DNA of 64,000 nucleotides, taken from the NCBI GenBank assembly GCA_963786935.1, contig CAWBAN010000004.1, positions 128,001 to 192,000 of the forward strand, read 5' to 3'. The notes beneath the pieces are model-generated. The model saw nothing but the letters and a program-made list of their open reading frames with translations. It searched no databases and was not told the origin of the DNA. The position numbers were made by a program, and so were the translations under genes. Source of the stretch: an uncultured bacterium (GTDB taxonomy: Bacteria > Krumholzibacteriota > Krumholzibacteriia > Krumholzibacteriales > Krumholzibacteriaceae). Below are positions 46,736 to 57,643 of the stretch, piece after piece; position 1 is the stretch's first letter; the number at the start of each line of letters is the position of its first letter.

Positions 46736-47926
46736 ATGCATCCGTTGATCCTGCTCTTCGTTTCCTCGGCACTCATTCTCCCCCGTCCGAGCGCGCCCGT
46801 TGGAGGGAGTTCTCTGGAGGACGTCATGGATCTCCACCGCAAGGCAATCGTGTTCGATGCGCACTGCGACACCGCGATGAGACTCATCGGCGACGAGCCG
46901 ATCGACCTCGGGAACCGGCATACGGACGGCCACATCGACCTTCCGCGCGCGATCGACGGCGGCCTCGACGCGCAGATCTTCGCCGTCTGGGTGTCTCCCG
47001 AGGCGCCCGAGAACCTCGCGACGGATCAGGCGCGCGCGATGATCGACGCCCTCCACGAGCAGGCGCGAAGACATCCCAACGGCATGGAGATCGCGCTCAG
47101 GGGCGCCGACGTGCGGCGCATCGTCAAGGAGGGGAAGCTCGCCGCGATCGTCGGCATCGAGGGCGGGCATCTCATCGGCGAGGATCTCGGCGCGCTGCGC
47201 GATTATTACGAGCGCGGCGTGCGGTGCATGACGCTCACGTGGATGAACACGAACAAATGGGCGGATTCGTCCGACGGCGAGCCGACGCACGGCGGGCTCA
47301 CGGAATTCGGGAGATCGGTCGTGCGGGAGATGGACCGGCTCGGCATGGTCATCGACTGCTCGCACGTGTCGGAGAAGACACTCCTCGACGTGCTCGAGAC
47401 GACGAAGGGCCCGGTGCTCGTCTCGCACTCGTGCATGCGCGCCCTCGTCGACATCCCGCGAAACGTGAGCGACGACGCGCTCCGCGCGGTGCGGAAGAAC
47501 GGCGGCGTCGTCTGCGTCAATTTCTTCCCCGGATTCCTGGACAAAGGCTACCACGAGCGGGTGTCGGCGCTCTGGACCGAATTTCGCGCGCGGTCCGCGG
47601 AGCTCGCGCCGCAGTACGGCGGCGATCGGGGCAAGGCGTGGCACGCGCTGCAGGAGGAGTTCGAGGGGCGGATCAAGGAAATCCCGCCGGTGCCGCTTTC
47701 CGCGCTCATCGATCACATCGAGCACGCGGTCAAGGTCGCCGGCGTCGATCACGTCGGGCTCGGCTCCGATTTCGACGGAATCTCGACCTGCCCCGTCGGG
47801 ATGGAGGACGTTTCGAAGCTCCCTGCCGTCACCGAGGAGCTTGTGAAGCGCGGCTACAGCGACAAGGACATCCGGAAGATCCTCGGCGGCAACCTGCTCC
47901 GTCTCGTCGAGAAGCGCATGCGGTAG
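46736..47926 (+). CDS. Membrane dipeptidase (M19)
   Basis: DAHCD, GIEGG, GLTEFG, IDCSH, SHS, HVGLGSDFDG. Confidence 0.92.
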   Translation: MHPLILLFVSSALILPRPSAPVGGSSLEDVMDLHRKAIVFDAHCDTAMRLIGDEPIDLGNRHTDGHIDLPRAIDGGLDAQIFAVWVSPEAPENLATDQARAMIDALHEQARRHPNGMEIALRGADVRRIVKEGKLAAIVGIEGGHLIGEDLGALRDYYERGVRCMTLTWMNTNKWADSSDGEPTHGGLTEFGRSVVREMDRLGMVIDCSHVSEKTLLDVLETTKGPVLVSHSCMRALVDIPRNVSDDALRAVRKNGGVVCVNFFPGFLDKGYHERVSALWTEFRARSAELAPQYGGDRGKAWHALQEEFEGRIKEIPPVPLSALIDHIEHAVKVAGVDHVGLGSDFDGISTCPVGMEDVSKLPAVTEELVKRGYSDKDIRKILGGNLLRLVEKRMR

Positions 47927-47940
47927 GCGCGCGGGCCCGG

Positions 47941-47969
47941 GCGGGGTGCAATGGGCGACAGGCCCCGCG
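47941..47969 (+). repeat. Repeat family B, degenerate core
   Basis: GCGGGGTGCAATGGGCGACAGGCCCCGCG between convergent genes. Confidence 0.65.
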
Positions 47970-47976
47970 CCACGCG

Positions 47977-50460
47977 CTAGAACACCGTTACGGTCTCGTC
48001 GAAGCCGCCGAGGCCGCCCCCAAGCAGCTTTCCGATCGTTCGCGCGACGCCGACGGGGCTCGCGTCGGCGCCCATGCTTCCGAAGAATCCCGGAAACGCC
48101 CTGAAGTACACCGTCCGGTAATCCTGCTCGATGCCGGTCTTCGCCGCGGCGTAGGCGACGGCGTCGTTCAGGCCGCCGAGCTCGTCGACGAGCCCGAGCT
48201 CGAGCGCCTGCGTTCCGAAGTAGACGCGCCCGCCGCCGATTTCGCGCACGCGGTCTGGATCGAGCTTTCTCCCCTCGGCGACCTTATCGACGAAGATGCC
48301 GTACATGCCGTCGATGTAGCCGCCGAGCATCTCGATCTCGTCCTCGGTCATGCGGCGGCTGGCCGACATGGCGTCGGAATGCGATCCCTCTTTGAATACC
48401 TCGTTCGTGATGCCGGCCTTTTCGTACAGGCGCTCCATCACCGGCTTGAACCAGACGACCCCGATGCTGCCCGTGATCGTGTACGGATCGGCGAAGATGC
48501 GGTCGCCGTACATCGAGATCCAGTAGCCGCCCGATCCGGCGACGTTTCCCATCGAGACGACGACGGGGATCTGGTCCTCGCGCTGGATGCGGCGGACCTC
48601 TTCGAGGATCTCGTCGCTCGCGAGCGCCGAGCCGCCGCCGCTGTCGACGCGGAAAACGATCGCGCGCACGCCCGGGGCGCGCGAGGCGGCCTTGAGCTGC
48701 TTCACGACCGTTTCGGAACCCATCGTGCGGGAATCCTGAAAGACGCTCCGCTCGCTCTTCCCCGATTCGATGCTCCCGTACGCCCCCACGATCGCGACGG
48801 CGGGGGGAGGGGTCCACCGTTCCGTCCAGTACGCGCGCGCCCCGATCTTTTCCGTCGCGAGCTTGTCGGGCCGCTTGGCTCCGGCGATCGCGCCCAGCTC
48901 CTTCTTCGCGTCATGCTCCCAGCCGATCGCGTCCACGAGATTCTCCTGCACGAGCTCGTCGGCCGTGAACACCCGGCCGTCGGCGATCTCCTTCATCCGC
49001 TCGACGGGAATGCCGCGGCCGTCCGCGATGCCCTCGACGAGAAGGCGATAGCTCTCCGAGACGAGGGAGCGAATCTCCTCGGCCTGCTTCTCGGTCGTCG
49101 TGTCGGTGTAGATCGTGTGGAACGACGACTTGTAGTCTCCCGCCGTGTAATGGTCGAAATCGACGCCGAGCTTCTCGAAGAGGCGCTTCATCCGCTTGAG
49201 CTCGAAGGAAACGCCGAGCATGCCGACCGTGCCGACGCGCGGCACGACGATCTTGTCGGCGGCGGAGGCGACGTACATCTCGGCCGCGGATCCTCCCTCG
49301 CTCAGATACGCGACGACCGGTTTGCCCGATTCCCTCACCGCGAGCACCGCTTCCCGGATCTCCTGAACGTTCGCGCTCACCGGCCCGATGAACGCCTTTT
49401 CGAACGGCTCGATCGTGAGGAGGAGCCCCTGCACGTCGGCGTCGTCGCGGATGCTCTTGAGCTCGCGGAGCAGCGAATGGAGATCGTTCGATCCGCCCAT
49501 GAAGGAGAAGCCGCCTCCCTCGTCGATGCAGTTGCCGCCGACCGAGAGCTCCGCGTAGCGCGGCCGTTTCGTGGCGGCGTTCTTGACGAACGCGTCCGTC
49601 TTCTCGAAGCTGAGGCTGTATCTCGCGTAGTCGAGGTCGCCGCCGTCGCAGGAACGCGCCTGCGCCCGCGTGCGTGTCGTGCCGAACCAGACGCTGACGC
49701 CGCCCGTAAACTCCTCGTACGGATCCGGCCCCGCTTGGGCGAAATCCCTCGCGTACGACCCGAAGAGCTCGATTCCCCGGCCGATCGCCGCCCGGCCGCC
49801 GAGGAGCCATCCCGGCTTGCGCCCGTCGGCCATCTCGGCCTGCCCCGAGAGCGTCAATGCCTCGCCGAACGGCCGTATCGACGCCCCCCCGATGAAGTAA
49901 TCCTCGAGGCGCGTCATCGGTCCGGCGAACGGATCGATCGCTTCCCCGCCCGAGAACATCGGCTCGTTCACGTTTTTCCAGACGCCGGCGATGGACAGGG
50001 AGCGGGACGGCCGCATCATGAATCCGAGGTCCACCGTGAAGGGGGATTTGTCGTACGTGAAGTTCGTGCTGCGCCACGTGAACGAAGAGCCGATGCCGAG
50101 TCCCTGCGCGAGCTTCAGGCCGAGGCCGAGGTTGTAGTTGTTCGAGGTGAACATGCCGTCGTCCGTGTACATGTACGCGAATCCGATGCCGTTTCCCGCC
50201 GCGCCGATGTTGAGCTCCGCGATGCGGTCGTTCCAGTAGGTGCCGTGCAGAAGCCCCGTTCCTACGCCTCTCATCGCGAGCCCGGCCGGATTCACATAGA
50301 GGGACGCCGCGCCGTCGATGTCCGAAACGAAGCGGCTCGCCGCGAGCTCGCTCCGGAGCGGAGCGCTCACCGGCGCGAGCGAACCGGATGCGGCGGAAAC
50401 GGGGACCGCCATGACGACGAGGGCCGCGGTCGCGAGGGCGCACACGAGAACCTTTTTCAA
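47977..50460 (-). CDS. sppA: Signal peptide peptidase SppA (S49) with a long N-terminal beta-strand-rich domain
   Basis: Two S49 halves: GKPVVAY..YVASAADKI, GDYKS, RVDSGGGSALASD, SMGNVAGSGGYW, TGSIGV; TTG start after GGAGG. Confidence 0.88.
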   Translation of the reverse strand: MKKVLVCALATAALVVMAVPVSAASGSLAPVSAPLRSELAASRFVSDIDGAASLYVNPAGLAMRGVGTGLLHGTYWNDRIAELNIGAAGNGIGFAYMYTDDGMFTSNNYNLGLGLKLAQGLGIGSSFTWRSTNFTYDKSPFTVDLGFMMRPSRSLSIAGVWKNVNEPMFSGGEAIDPFAGPMTRLEDYFIGGASIRPFGEALTLSGQAEMADGRKPGWLLGGRAAIGRGIELFGSYARDFAQAGPDPYEEFTGGVSVWFGTTRTRAQARSCDGGDLDYARYSLSFEKTDAFVKNAATKRPRYAELSVGGNCIDEGGGFSFMGGSNDLHSLLRELKSIRDDADVQGLLLTIEPFEKAFIGPVSANVQEIREAVLAVRESGKPVVAYLSEGGSAAEMYVASAADKIVVPRVGTVGMLGVSFELKRMKRLFEKLGVDFDHYTAGDYKSSFHTIYTDTTTEKQAEEIRSLVSESYRLLVEGIADGRGIPVERMKEIADGRVFTADELVQENLVDAIGWEHDAKKELGAIAGAKRPDKLATEKIGARAYWTERWTPPPAVAIVGAYGSIESGKSERSVFQDSRTMGSETVVKQLKAASRAPGVRAIVFRVDSGGGSALASDEILEEVRRIQREDQIPVVVSMGNVAGSGGYWISMYGDRIFADPYTITGSIGVVWFKPVMERLYEKAGITNEVFKEGSHSDAMSASRRMTEDEIEMLGGYIDGMYGIFVDKVAEGRKLDPDRVREIGGGRVYFGTQALELGLVDELGGLNDAVAYAAAKTGIEQDYRTVYFRAFPGFFGSMGADASPVGVARTIGKLLGGGLGGFDETVTVF

Positions 50461-50603
50461 GGGAGCCTCCTTTTTAAGAAGCGCAAAAGAGCGATCACCG
50501 TACCGGCGCGCGTGATAGAATTACGGAGGGCATTATACCAATGTTGCGGTCGAGGGCAATTGCAAAGAGCGGCGGCGGATTCGGCGTGCCCAAGGCCATT
50601 CTT

Positions 50604-50622
50604 AATAATAATTATTCGCATT
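50604..50622. promoter_or_regulatory. Fur-box-like operator
   Basis: AATAATAATTATTCGCATT matches 11 of 14 positions of TGATAATnATTATCA; lies in the AT-rich region before the TonB receptor. Confidence 0.55.
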
Positions 50623-50766
50623 GGCTAACTAGTTGTAATTGGGTTGTTTTCAAGCCGATAGCCGCTGCTGCGGTATTGATGAATATGCTGCTTTGTCTGC
50701 CGATCCTTTTCCGGTAGTGAAATGCCGAATAGGAGACAACCCAAAATAAATAAAGCGAATAGCCCA

Positions 50767-50795
50767 TTGACGCGGAGGCCGTTTTGTGCGAAAAT
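50767..50795 (+). promoter_or_regulatory. sigma70-like promoter for the TonB receptor operon
   Basis: TTGACG-17-GAAAAT with extended TG. Confidence 0.45.
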
Positions 50796-50872
50796 ATACA
50801 TACCTGAGAAGGCGCTCCGTCTATTGAGGTTGTCGGCCGTAAAGAGACATTTACAGAACGGATGGGGGGAGA

Positions 50873-53713
50873 ATGCGTAGGCATTTTTCTGTCAGGACCG
50901 GTTTGGCGAATTCCAGAGCTCTGTCCCTTGCCGGAACGGGGCTTCTCATCTTCATTCTCTTCTCCGTTTGCCTGGCCGCTGATTCCCGCGCGGCCGGCAC
51001 CGGCATTCTCAAGGGGAAGGTCTTCGATTACCAGACGGGGAAGCCCGTGCCCGAGGCGCTCGTCGCCATCCAGGGGACGACGAAGAGCGTTCTCGCCGAC
51101 AAGAGCGGCGTGTTTCAGATCGAGCTTCCCGCGGGCAAGTACGGCATCTCCATTCTCAAGGACGAATACTACAACACGTGCTATCAGGACATCGAGATCG
51201 AGTCCGGCAAGATCACGACGTATAAGTGCGAGCTCGTCACGGGAGATCCACGGCAGCAGTTCTTCTTCCAGATCGGCGGCATCACCGTCCTCGACAAGCG
51301 CGATCTCATGCCCGAGAAGACCGAGACGACGCACGCGATATCGAGCGCCGAAATCGAGCACTATCTCTCGACGAACCTCGGCGACGTACTGGATCTCGTG
51401 CCCGGCATCGAGCGGACGAAATCTCCCGGCCTCTCGACGATGAATCAGATCGATCTCCGCGGCACGGCGCAGATGGACACGGAGGACCAGGCGGCGGCGC
51501 GATTCGGGACGAAAATCATCATCGACGACATCGCGATCTCGAACAACACGAACATGCAGACCGGCAAGGGAACCACCTACGGCTCCCAGGTGCAGTCCTA
51601 TGCGGGGACCGGTCTCGACCTGCGCTCGATTCCCGCGGACAACGTTCAGGGGGTCGAGGTCATCACCGGCGTTCCGTCCGTCGAGTACGGCGACCTCACC
51701 ACGGGCCTCGTGAAGGTCAAGACGAAGATCGGCGCCCAGCCGGTGCGTCTCAAGCTCAAGACGAATCCCGACACGAAAGAGGCGAACCTGAGCGGCGGGC
51801 TCAACCGTTTCAACACCGGCATCTCGTACAACGTCAACTACGCCTGGAGCGAGCGCGACATCCGACTCGAAGGGGATGAATACGCGCGCTACAACGGGCA
51901 GCTCAATTTCAAGAACATCGCGCTCGGCGAGAAGCTCTCCATTCTCAACAAATTCTATTACACGGGCGTGGACGACACGTACGATCTGACGGGCATCGAT
52001 CCGAAGGGACGCATCCAGGAGAACAAGGACAAGACGCTCATCTACGGCCAGGCGATCGAGTACAAGCTGACGAACGACATGCGGGCCGAATGGTCGGCGA
52101 ACGTCAACTACACGAAGCGCGACGCGTACAGCCAGAGCCTCGTCGGGTCGGACGTCCGCGTCATGACCGACGCGACGGAGCCGGGCACCTACGAGGGCGT
52201 GTTCGACGCGGGCGCGTACACGTCGCAGATCTGGACCCGTGGCGAAGAGTGGAGCGTCGCGGCGAAGCTCAACCTCCGCGCCGATTTCCACGCGCTTCGT
52301 CTCAACCACGCGCTGCTCGTGGGAGGGGAGTACGGCTACGAAGACAACGTCGGGGAGGGGAAGATCTTCGATCCGTTCGCGCCTCCGGGGGGCGCCCTCG
52401 GACAGCGGCCGCTCTCCTTCGACGAAATCCCCGCGCTCAGGAGCGCGAGCCTGTACCTCGAGGACAACCTCAACGGTTTCCTCTTCATGAGGCCGTACAA
52501 CCTCAATTTCGGATTCCGGTACGAGATGTACACGCCGGAGGAGCTCAACCTCGGCGGCTTCTTCAACTCGGAAGGAGTCGTGAAATCGAGGAACGGCACC
52601 TTCCTCAACCCGCGCATCCGCCTCAAGTACGAGCCGCGCGACGGGACGCAGCTGCGGCTCAGCTGGGGAAGGAGCTCGAAGATGCCGCCGATGGTCGATC
52701 TCTATCAGGGACCGCAGTATATCGACGTCGTCGAACGGAACGTTTCCCCGCCCGATTCCGTGCCCCTCGTTTCGACCTACGTCTGGAATTTCGATACGGA
52801 GGGGCTGTACGGGACGCAGGAGGACAAGGGAGAGATCTCGTTCGATCAGACGGTCGGGTCGTTCGGCTTCACCCTCACCGGCTGGACGGCCCGCGCCGAA
52901 GGGATGCCGCGAAGCGAGGCGATCCCCGCCGTCATCCAGCGCTATGAGTGGACCGACTGGCCGAACGCGGGGGGGAGCCACCCGATCGACACGATCTATA
53001 CCGAGGCTCCGGGCACCGCGTTCTATCAGAAGGCGGGAAAGTACACGAAATACGGTGTGGAGTTCATGGCCGCGACGAAGCGTATCGAGAAGCTCTCGAC
53101 CACGTTCCGCGTCAACGGCGCGTATACCCGCTCCTACAGCGGCGCGGAAGGCCTGTACATGTCGTCGCCGAAGCAGATTCTGCTGGACCCGGCGGACCCG
53201 GCATCGAAACAGTATATCTATCCGTTTTACTACTACACGGAAGGATGGGAGCAGAAGCTCATCCTCGATTACAACGCCGATTGGCTCATCAAGAAGCTCG
53301 GCATGTGGGTCACCTTCTTCGTGCAGCAGACGCTCTTCGACTGGGACAAGAACTACGAGGATCCCATTCTGGACGTACCGATGTACTACGATCCCCTCAC
53401 CGGCGGCATCGTGTACATCACCCCGGAGCAATCGCAGGCGTACGGGCTGAGCCGCGAATACGACGAGTGCGATCTCTCGATCAACAAGGCGCCGAACGAC
53501 CGGCTCCTCTTCAACGTCAACGTCTCGAAGTCGATCGGCCGCGGGGCGGAGATATCGTTCTTCGTCCACAACGTGTTCGACGATCCGGCGATTTACGAGA
53601 ACTGCTACGGCTCGTTCAGCGCGCGCAATCCCGGCATCTTCTACGGCGTCGAGTTCAGCATGATTCTGGATGAAATCTGGAAGCGCGCCCCGGCCGCGTC
53701 GGAGGAGAAATAG
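50873..53713 (+). CDS. TonB-dependent receptor with N-terminal carboxypeptidase-regulatory-like domain
   Basis: LGDVLDLVPG; plug GLDLRSIPADNVQGVEVITGVPSVEYGDLTTG; PRIRL; C-terminal FYGVEFSM. Confidence 0.9.
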   Translation: MRRHFSVRTGLANSRALSLAGTGLLIFILFSVCLAADSRAAGTGILKGKVFDYQTGKPVPEALVAIQGTTKSVLADKSGVFQIELPAGKYGISILKDEYYNTCYQDIEIESGKITTYKCELVTGDPRQQFFFQIGGITVLDKRDLMPEKTETTHAISSAEIEHYLSTNLGDVLDLVPGIERTKSPGLSTMNQIDLRGTAQMDTEDQAAARFGTKIIIDDIAISNNTNMQTGKGTTYGSQVQSYAGTGLDLRSIPADNVQGVEVITGVPSVEYGDLTTGLVKVKTKIGAQPVRLKLKTNPDTKEANLSGGLNRFNTGISYNVNYAWSERDIRLEGDEYARYNGQLNFKNIALGEKLSILNKFYYTGVDDTYDLTGIDPKGRIQENKDKTLIYGQAIEYKLTNDMRAEWSANVNYTKRDAYSQSLVGSDVRVMTDATEPGTYEGVFDAGAYTSQIWTRGEEWSVAAKLNLRADFHALRLNHALLVGGEYGYEDNVGEGKIFDPFAPPGGALGQRPLSFDEIPALRSASLYLEDNLNGFLFMRPYNLNFGFRYEMYTPEELNLGGFFNSEGVVKSRNGTFLNPRIRLKYEPRDGTQLRLSWGRSSKMPPMVDLYQGPQYIDVVERNVSPPDSVPLVSTYVWNFDTEGLYGTQEDKGEISFDQTVGSFGFTLTGWTARAEGMPRSEAIPAVIQRYEWTDWPNAGGSHPIDTIYTEAPGTAFYQKAGKYTKYGVEFMAATKRIEKLSTTFRVNGAYTRSYSGAEGLYMSSPKQILLDPADPASKQYIYPFYYYTEGWEQKLILDYNADWLIKKLGMWVTFFVQQTLFDWDKNYEDPILDVPMYYDPLTGGIVYITPEQSQAYGLSREYDECDLSINKAPNDRLLFNVNVSKSIGRGAEISFFVHNVFDDPAIYENCYGSFSARNPGIFYGVEFSMILDEIWKRAPAASEEK

Positions 53714-53714
53714 C

Positions 53715-54878
53715 ATGAGCCGCGCGATAACGATGCTGGCGATGTTGATAGCGGCGTTCGCCGCCGGCTGCGGCGTGGAGAAACCGGAGGAGCCCGATGG
53801 CGCGGGCGCGGTTCAAGTGATGGTCACGGATACCTCGGGAGCCTTCGGGGGCGTCCCCGGCGAGCCGTTTCCGGTGGACAGCGCTTCGGTGAGCATTCAG
53901 GGGCGGACGACCGCTTACGATGCGGCCGGCGTCACGGACGAGACGGGAACCATCTTGTTCGACCGGCTCGCCGCGGGCAGCTATTCGGTGTTCGTGCGCC
54001 GCGAGATCAAGGTGGGGCTCGGGAAGAAGGTGCTCACCGGCTTCGGCGACGTCGCGGTCAGGGGAGCGGACGTTGTCCACAAGAAGGTCCTGGTGAAGGC
54101 GATCCTCGTGAGCAACCTCATGATCAGCGAGGTGTTCTACGCCGGCTCATGCGGCTCGTCGTTCTACTTCTACGATCAGTACGTCGAGGTTTATAACGCG
54201 GCGGCCGACACGCTGTTCCTCGACAACGTCATCGTGACGCGGCAGGCGCAGGTCAAGGATCCCGATCTGGAAACCAGGGATTATACGCGCGCGATTTACG
54301 CGTTCCAGCTCCACGGCACGGGGCGGCAATACCCCATCGCTCCCGGCCAGCATGCCGTCATCGCGGCCGATGCCGTGAATCACAAGCAGTGGTGCGTGAA
54401 CTCGCCCAATCTCTCGCCTTCGAATCCGAATTTGTCGCACAAGCCCGGCGAGCCGCACAAGCTTTACGAGACATTCAACGCGCTCGGGAGCGACTACGAC
54501 GTTGCAGGCGTGCCCAATTTCGACAATATCATGCCGGGGAAGACCATCGATCTCCTGATCAACCTGAGCCACAACGCGATCGTCATCGCCGAAGGCGGCG
54601 TCTACCCGATCGACGAGAACAATTACCTGTGCATCCCGATTGAAAAGGTCATCGACGGCGTCGAGTACGCCTCGAATCCCTACGTCACCACCAAGGAGAT
54701 GACGGTGCGTATCGACGCCGGTTTCGCCGGCGTCGGCATCGAGAAGTACGGCGCGAAATCGACCGAGCGGCGGGAACCGGGGCTCGACACGAACAACTCG
54801 ACCTTCGACTTCGTCGTGATCCCGTATGCGACGCCCGGGTACTATTTCGGGCCGCAGAGGCAGGTGCTGTCGCGATGA
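53715..54878 (+). CDS. DUF4876-like lipoprotein 1
   Basis: Lipobox FAAGC; ISEVFYAGS..YFYDQYVEVYN...LFLDN; DAVNH; VIDGVE; DTNNSTFDF. Confidence 0.75.
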   Translation: MSRAITMLAMLIAAFAAGCGVEKPEEPDGAGAVQVMVTDTSGAFGGVPGEPFPVDSASVSIQGRTTAYDAAGVTDETGTILFDRLAAGSYSVFVRREIKVGLGKKVLTGFGDVAVRGADVVHKKVLVKAILVSNLMISEVFYAGSCGSSFYFYDQYVEVYNAAADTLFLDNVIVTRQAQVKDPDLETRDYTRAIYAFQLHGTGRQYPIAPGQHAVIAADAVNHKQWCVNSPNLSPSNPNLSHKPGEPHKLYETFNALGSDYDVAGVPNFDNIMPGKTIDLLINLSHNAIVIAEGGVYPIDENNYLCIPIEKVIDGVEYASNPYVTTKEMTVRIDAGFAGVGIEKYGAKSTERREPGLDTNNSTFDFVVIPYATPGYYFGPQRQVLSR

Positions 54879-56002
54879 ACTCTCGGATCGCGGTAATCCT
54901 TCTCTCGGGCGCCGCGGCGCTCGTCTCGTCGTGCGGGATCGAGAAGCCCGAGGTCGCCGAAGGGCGCGCCACGCTCGTTCTGCAGGCCGTGGATACGAGC
55001 GGCGTCCTCGCGGAAGGCTGGGTAGGCGTGGCGAACGCTCGCGTCGAAATAGCGAGCGCGTTCTACGCGTACAAGCAAACGTTCACGACCGACGAGGCGG
55101 GACGGATCGAGATCGATGAGCTCTCGTCGGGCACCTACTACATCCAGGCGAGCATGCGTGACGAGGAGCACGACGTGCTCCTCACGGGGCAGCGCAAGAT
55201 GAAGCTCACGAGCGATTCCGAGGAGCAGGACACCCTCTTCATGTCATTCGTGCCTCTGTCCCCCATCGTCATCAACGAGCTCTACTACGCCGGATGCAAC
55301 GCTTCTTCATTCTACTTCTACGATCAGTACGTCGAGCTCTACAACTCCACCGCCGATACGCTCTACCTCGACGGCATCGTCGTGTGCCGGAGCCAGCAGA
55401 GCGAGGTGCTGACCCCCGAGGAGCTCGAGACAGTGGACTTCGCCCTCGCCTATTACATGTATCAGTTCCCCGGCACGTGGGGAGTGACGCGCCAGTGGCC
55501 CCTTGGACCTCATGAATACGCCGTGATCGCGTGCGATGCCGTCAACCACCACGTCTACGGCGGCGGCTCGTGCGTCGACTTGTTGAATGCCGATTACGAG
55601 TTTTTCAACGCGCGGGCCGCCGACTACGACAATGTCTCGGTTCCCAATATCCTGCAGGTCACCAACGCGACCGTTGACTTCGCCCTCAATCTTGCGCATA
55701 CGGGCGTCTTCATCGCGACGGGGGAGGAGTACACGTTCGCGGAATACACCACGAGCTCGGGAGTGTCGGAGTTCGTTCAGGTGCCGCTGCGGACGATCCT
55801 CGACGCGGTGGAGTACGCGGCGTCGCAGAGCTCAACCTTCCGCCGGTACCTCACGCTGCGCATCGACGGCGGTCTCGGGGGAAGCGGCATGACGAGATAC
55901 AGCGGGCAATCGATCGAACGCAAAGTGCCGGGCTTCGACTCGAACAACAGCAGTTTTGATTTCGTTAACGTAGCGACTCCGACTCCGGGGTACAGTCATT
56001 GA
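54875..56002 (+). CDS. DUF4876-like lipoprotein 2
   Basis: Lipobox LVSSC; INELYYAGC..FYDQYVELYN; DAVNH; DSNNSSFDF; ATGA-coupled to the previous gene. Confidence 0.75.
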   Translation: MNSRIAVILLSGAAALVSSCGIEKPEVAEGRATLVLQAVDTSGVLAEGWVGVANARVEIASAFYAYKQTFTTDEAGRIEIDELSSGTYYIQASMRDEEHDVLLTGQRKMKLTSDSEEQDTLFMSFVPLSPIVINELYYAGCNASSFYFYDQYVELYNSTADTLYLDGIVVCRSQQSEVLTPEELETVDFALAYYMYQFPGTWGVTRQWPLGPHEYAVIACDAVNHHVYGGGSCVDLLNADYEFFNARAADYDNVSVPNILQVTNATVDFALNLAHTGVFIATGEEYTFAEYTTSSGVSEFVQVPLRTILDAVEYAASQSSTFRRYLTLRIDGGLGGSGMTRYSGQSIERKVPGFDSNNSSFDFVNVATPTPGYSH

Positions 56003-56010
56003 GGAGAACA

Positions 56011-57504
56011 ATGAAGAGGGAATGGATGGAACGGCGTAGCACGGTGAGAATCTCCAGCACGATCGCTGTTGTTCTTGCGCTCCTCCTCGCGGCGTGGCCG
56101 CGCCCCGCGGCCGCCGACGAGATCCGAACGCAGGCGATGGGCAATTGCCAGATCGCGCTCGAGGACGGCGACAATCAGGTCAACCCGTACGATTACGGGC
56201 GCAATCCCGCGTACCTCGCTTTGGACTTCGAGCGGTCGTGGATCAAGTACATCTTCTCCATCGACGAGAAGCAGGGGGATCTCCGGCGACCGTACGACGC
56301 GCACCTGCTCAACACGACGTATGTCGAGTTCGAGGGGCGCATCCGGCTCGGAGAACGCCAGGCGATGTCGGGCTCGTTCCGCTACGAGCGCCTCTGGCAG
56401 CGGGAGCAGTGGCATTCGCTCGAGTACGATCCGTACAACGATCCGTTCTACCTCACCGACCTCACGACGGGGGACATCACGTACTGGGGTCCCGTGATGT
56501 CCGCGGATTACTCGCTGCGCCTCTCGCCGAAGGCCTCGATCGGAGCGGCGTTCGACTATGGCATCTCGACCGGTCTCAAGGATTACTACACGAAGCCGCA
56601 GGTGGAGCACAACTACGCGAAGGGGAGCATCGGGCTCCTCCTCACGCCGCGCAAGGAGTGGGATTTTGGCGTCATCGTGCGCCCCATGCGTCTCCAGAAC
56701 CGCACGAGCTTCGACGGCACGAACGAGAACAGGGACCTCATCATCCACCGCTACTACGGCGACGGGATCTACGATATTCGCTCGTTCTCCTCGTACAGCA
56801 TGACCGAGAAGCTCACCGGAATCGACGTCGACGTGCAGAATTTCGTCACGACGGACCGCGTGAAAGTCGGGACGATAGTCTCGTACAGCTACGCGGAGAA
56901 CAATATCGAGGCGAAGACGTCGCCTCCCGACCAGATCGGCTACTGGCAGGACAAGAAGCTCGATTTCAGTTTTCTCGCGCGGTACGCGCCGCCGGGCGCG
57001 CCGCTCACCCTCGGCGTGAACGGCCGGGCGATGAACGTGAGCGGCTGGGCGAACCGGCCCAAGTTCGAGGGGGTCGTTCTCTTCGACAATCCGATCCAGC
57101 TTCGATCGATCGGCGCGGGGGCGAGCTGGACGATGCAGCCGACGGGGCTCACCGTCGCCGCCGATTACATTCTCAATTCGTACGACATCGAGGCGAACGA
57201 CTACGGCGCGAACGATTTCCGGTCCCAGGAATTCATCCAGAACGTCGGCAGGCTCGGCGTCGAGTATGCCGCGTACAACGTATTCTCGATCCGGGGGGGC
57301 GTCGAGGTGACCGACTACGTCGCCGACCGCTGGCTCAAGCTCCCCGTGAACACCGATCGCTATCGCTTCACCGCCGGCGGATCGTACGCGTGGCGCCTGT
57401 GGCAGCTGGAGGCGCTCCTCGTCTACGGGGACGACACGCAGAACGACACCGACGCGGGGCGGAGAGACCTTGGTGCAGTCGTTTGGCTTACACATCTGGA
57501 ATGA
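56011..57504 (+). CDS. Outer-membrane beta-barrel protein (DUF6850-like)
   Basis: Signal peptide; RNPAYL; alternating aromatic amphipathic strands; position after DUF4876-like genes. Confidence 0.65.
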   Translation: MKREWMERRSTVRISSTIAVVLALLLAAWPRPAAADEIRTQAMGNCQIALEDGDNQVNPYDYGRNPAYLALDFERSWIKYIFSIDEKQGDLRRPYDAHLLNTTYVEFEGRIRLGERQAMSGSFRYERLWQREQWHSLEYDPYNDPFYLTDLTTGDITYWGPVMSADYSLRLSPKASIGAAFDYGISTGLKDYYTKPQVEHNYAKGSIGLLLTPRKEWDFGVIVRPMRLQNRTSFDGTNENRDLIIHRYYGDGIYDIRSFSSYSMTEKLTGIDVDVQNFVTTDRVKVGTIVSYSYAENNIEAKTSPPDQIGYWQDKKLDFSFLARYAPPGAPLTLGVNGRAMNVSGWANRPKFEGVVLFDNPIQLRSIGAGASWTMQPTGLTVAADYILNSYDIEANDYGANDFRSQEFIQNVGRLGVEYAAYNVFSIRGGVEVTDYVADRWLKLPVNTDRYRFTAGGSYAWRLWQLEALLVYGDDTQNDTDAGRRDLGAVVWLTHLE

Positions 57505-57643
57505 CGAAGGAGGTGGTACCCGGCCGGCAGCGGACAATTCTTAAATCAGCGCTCTCCGGTTCCCGGGCGCTTCTCAGGGGGGATCGCGATACGACGGCCC
57601 CGGAACCGGCCCTATCAGATACAGCGCCAGAGGAGGTGGCAAC

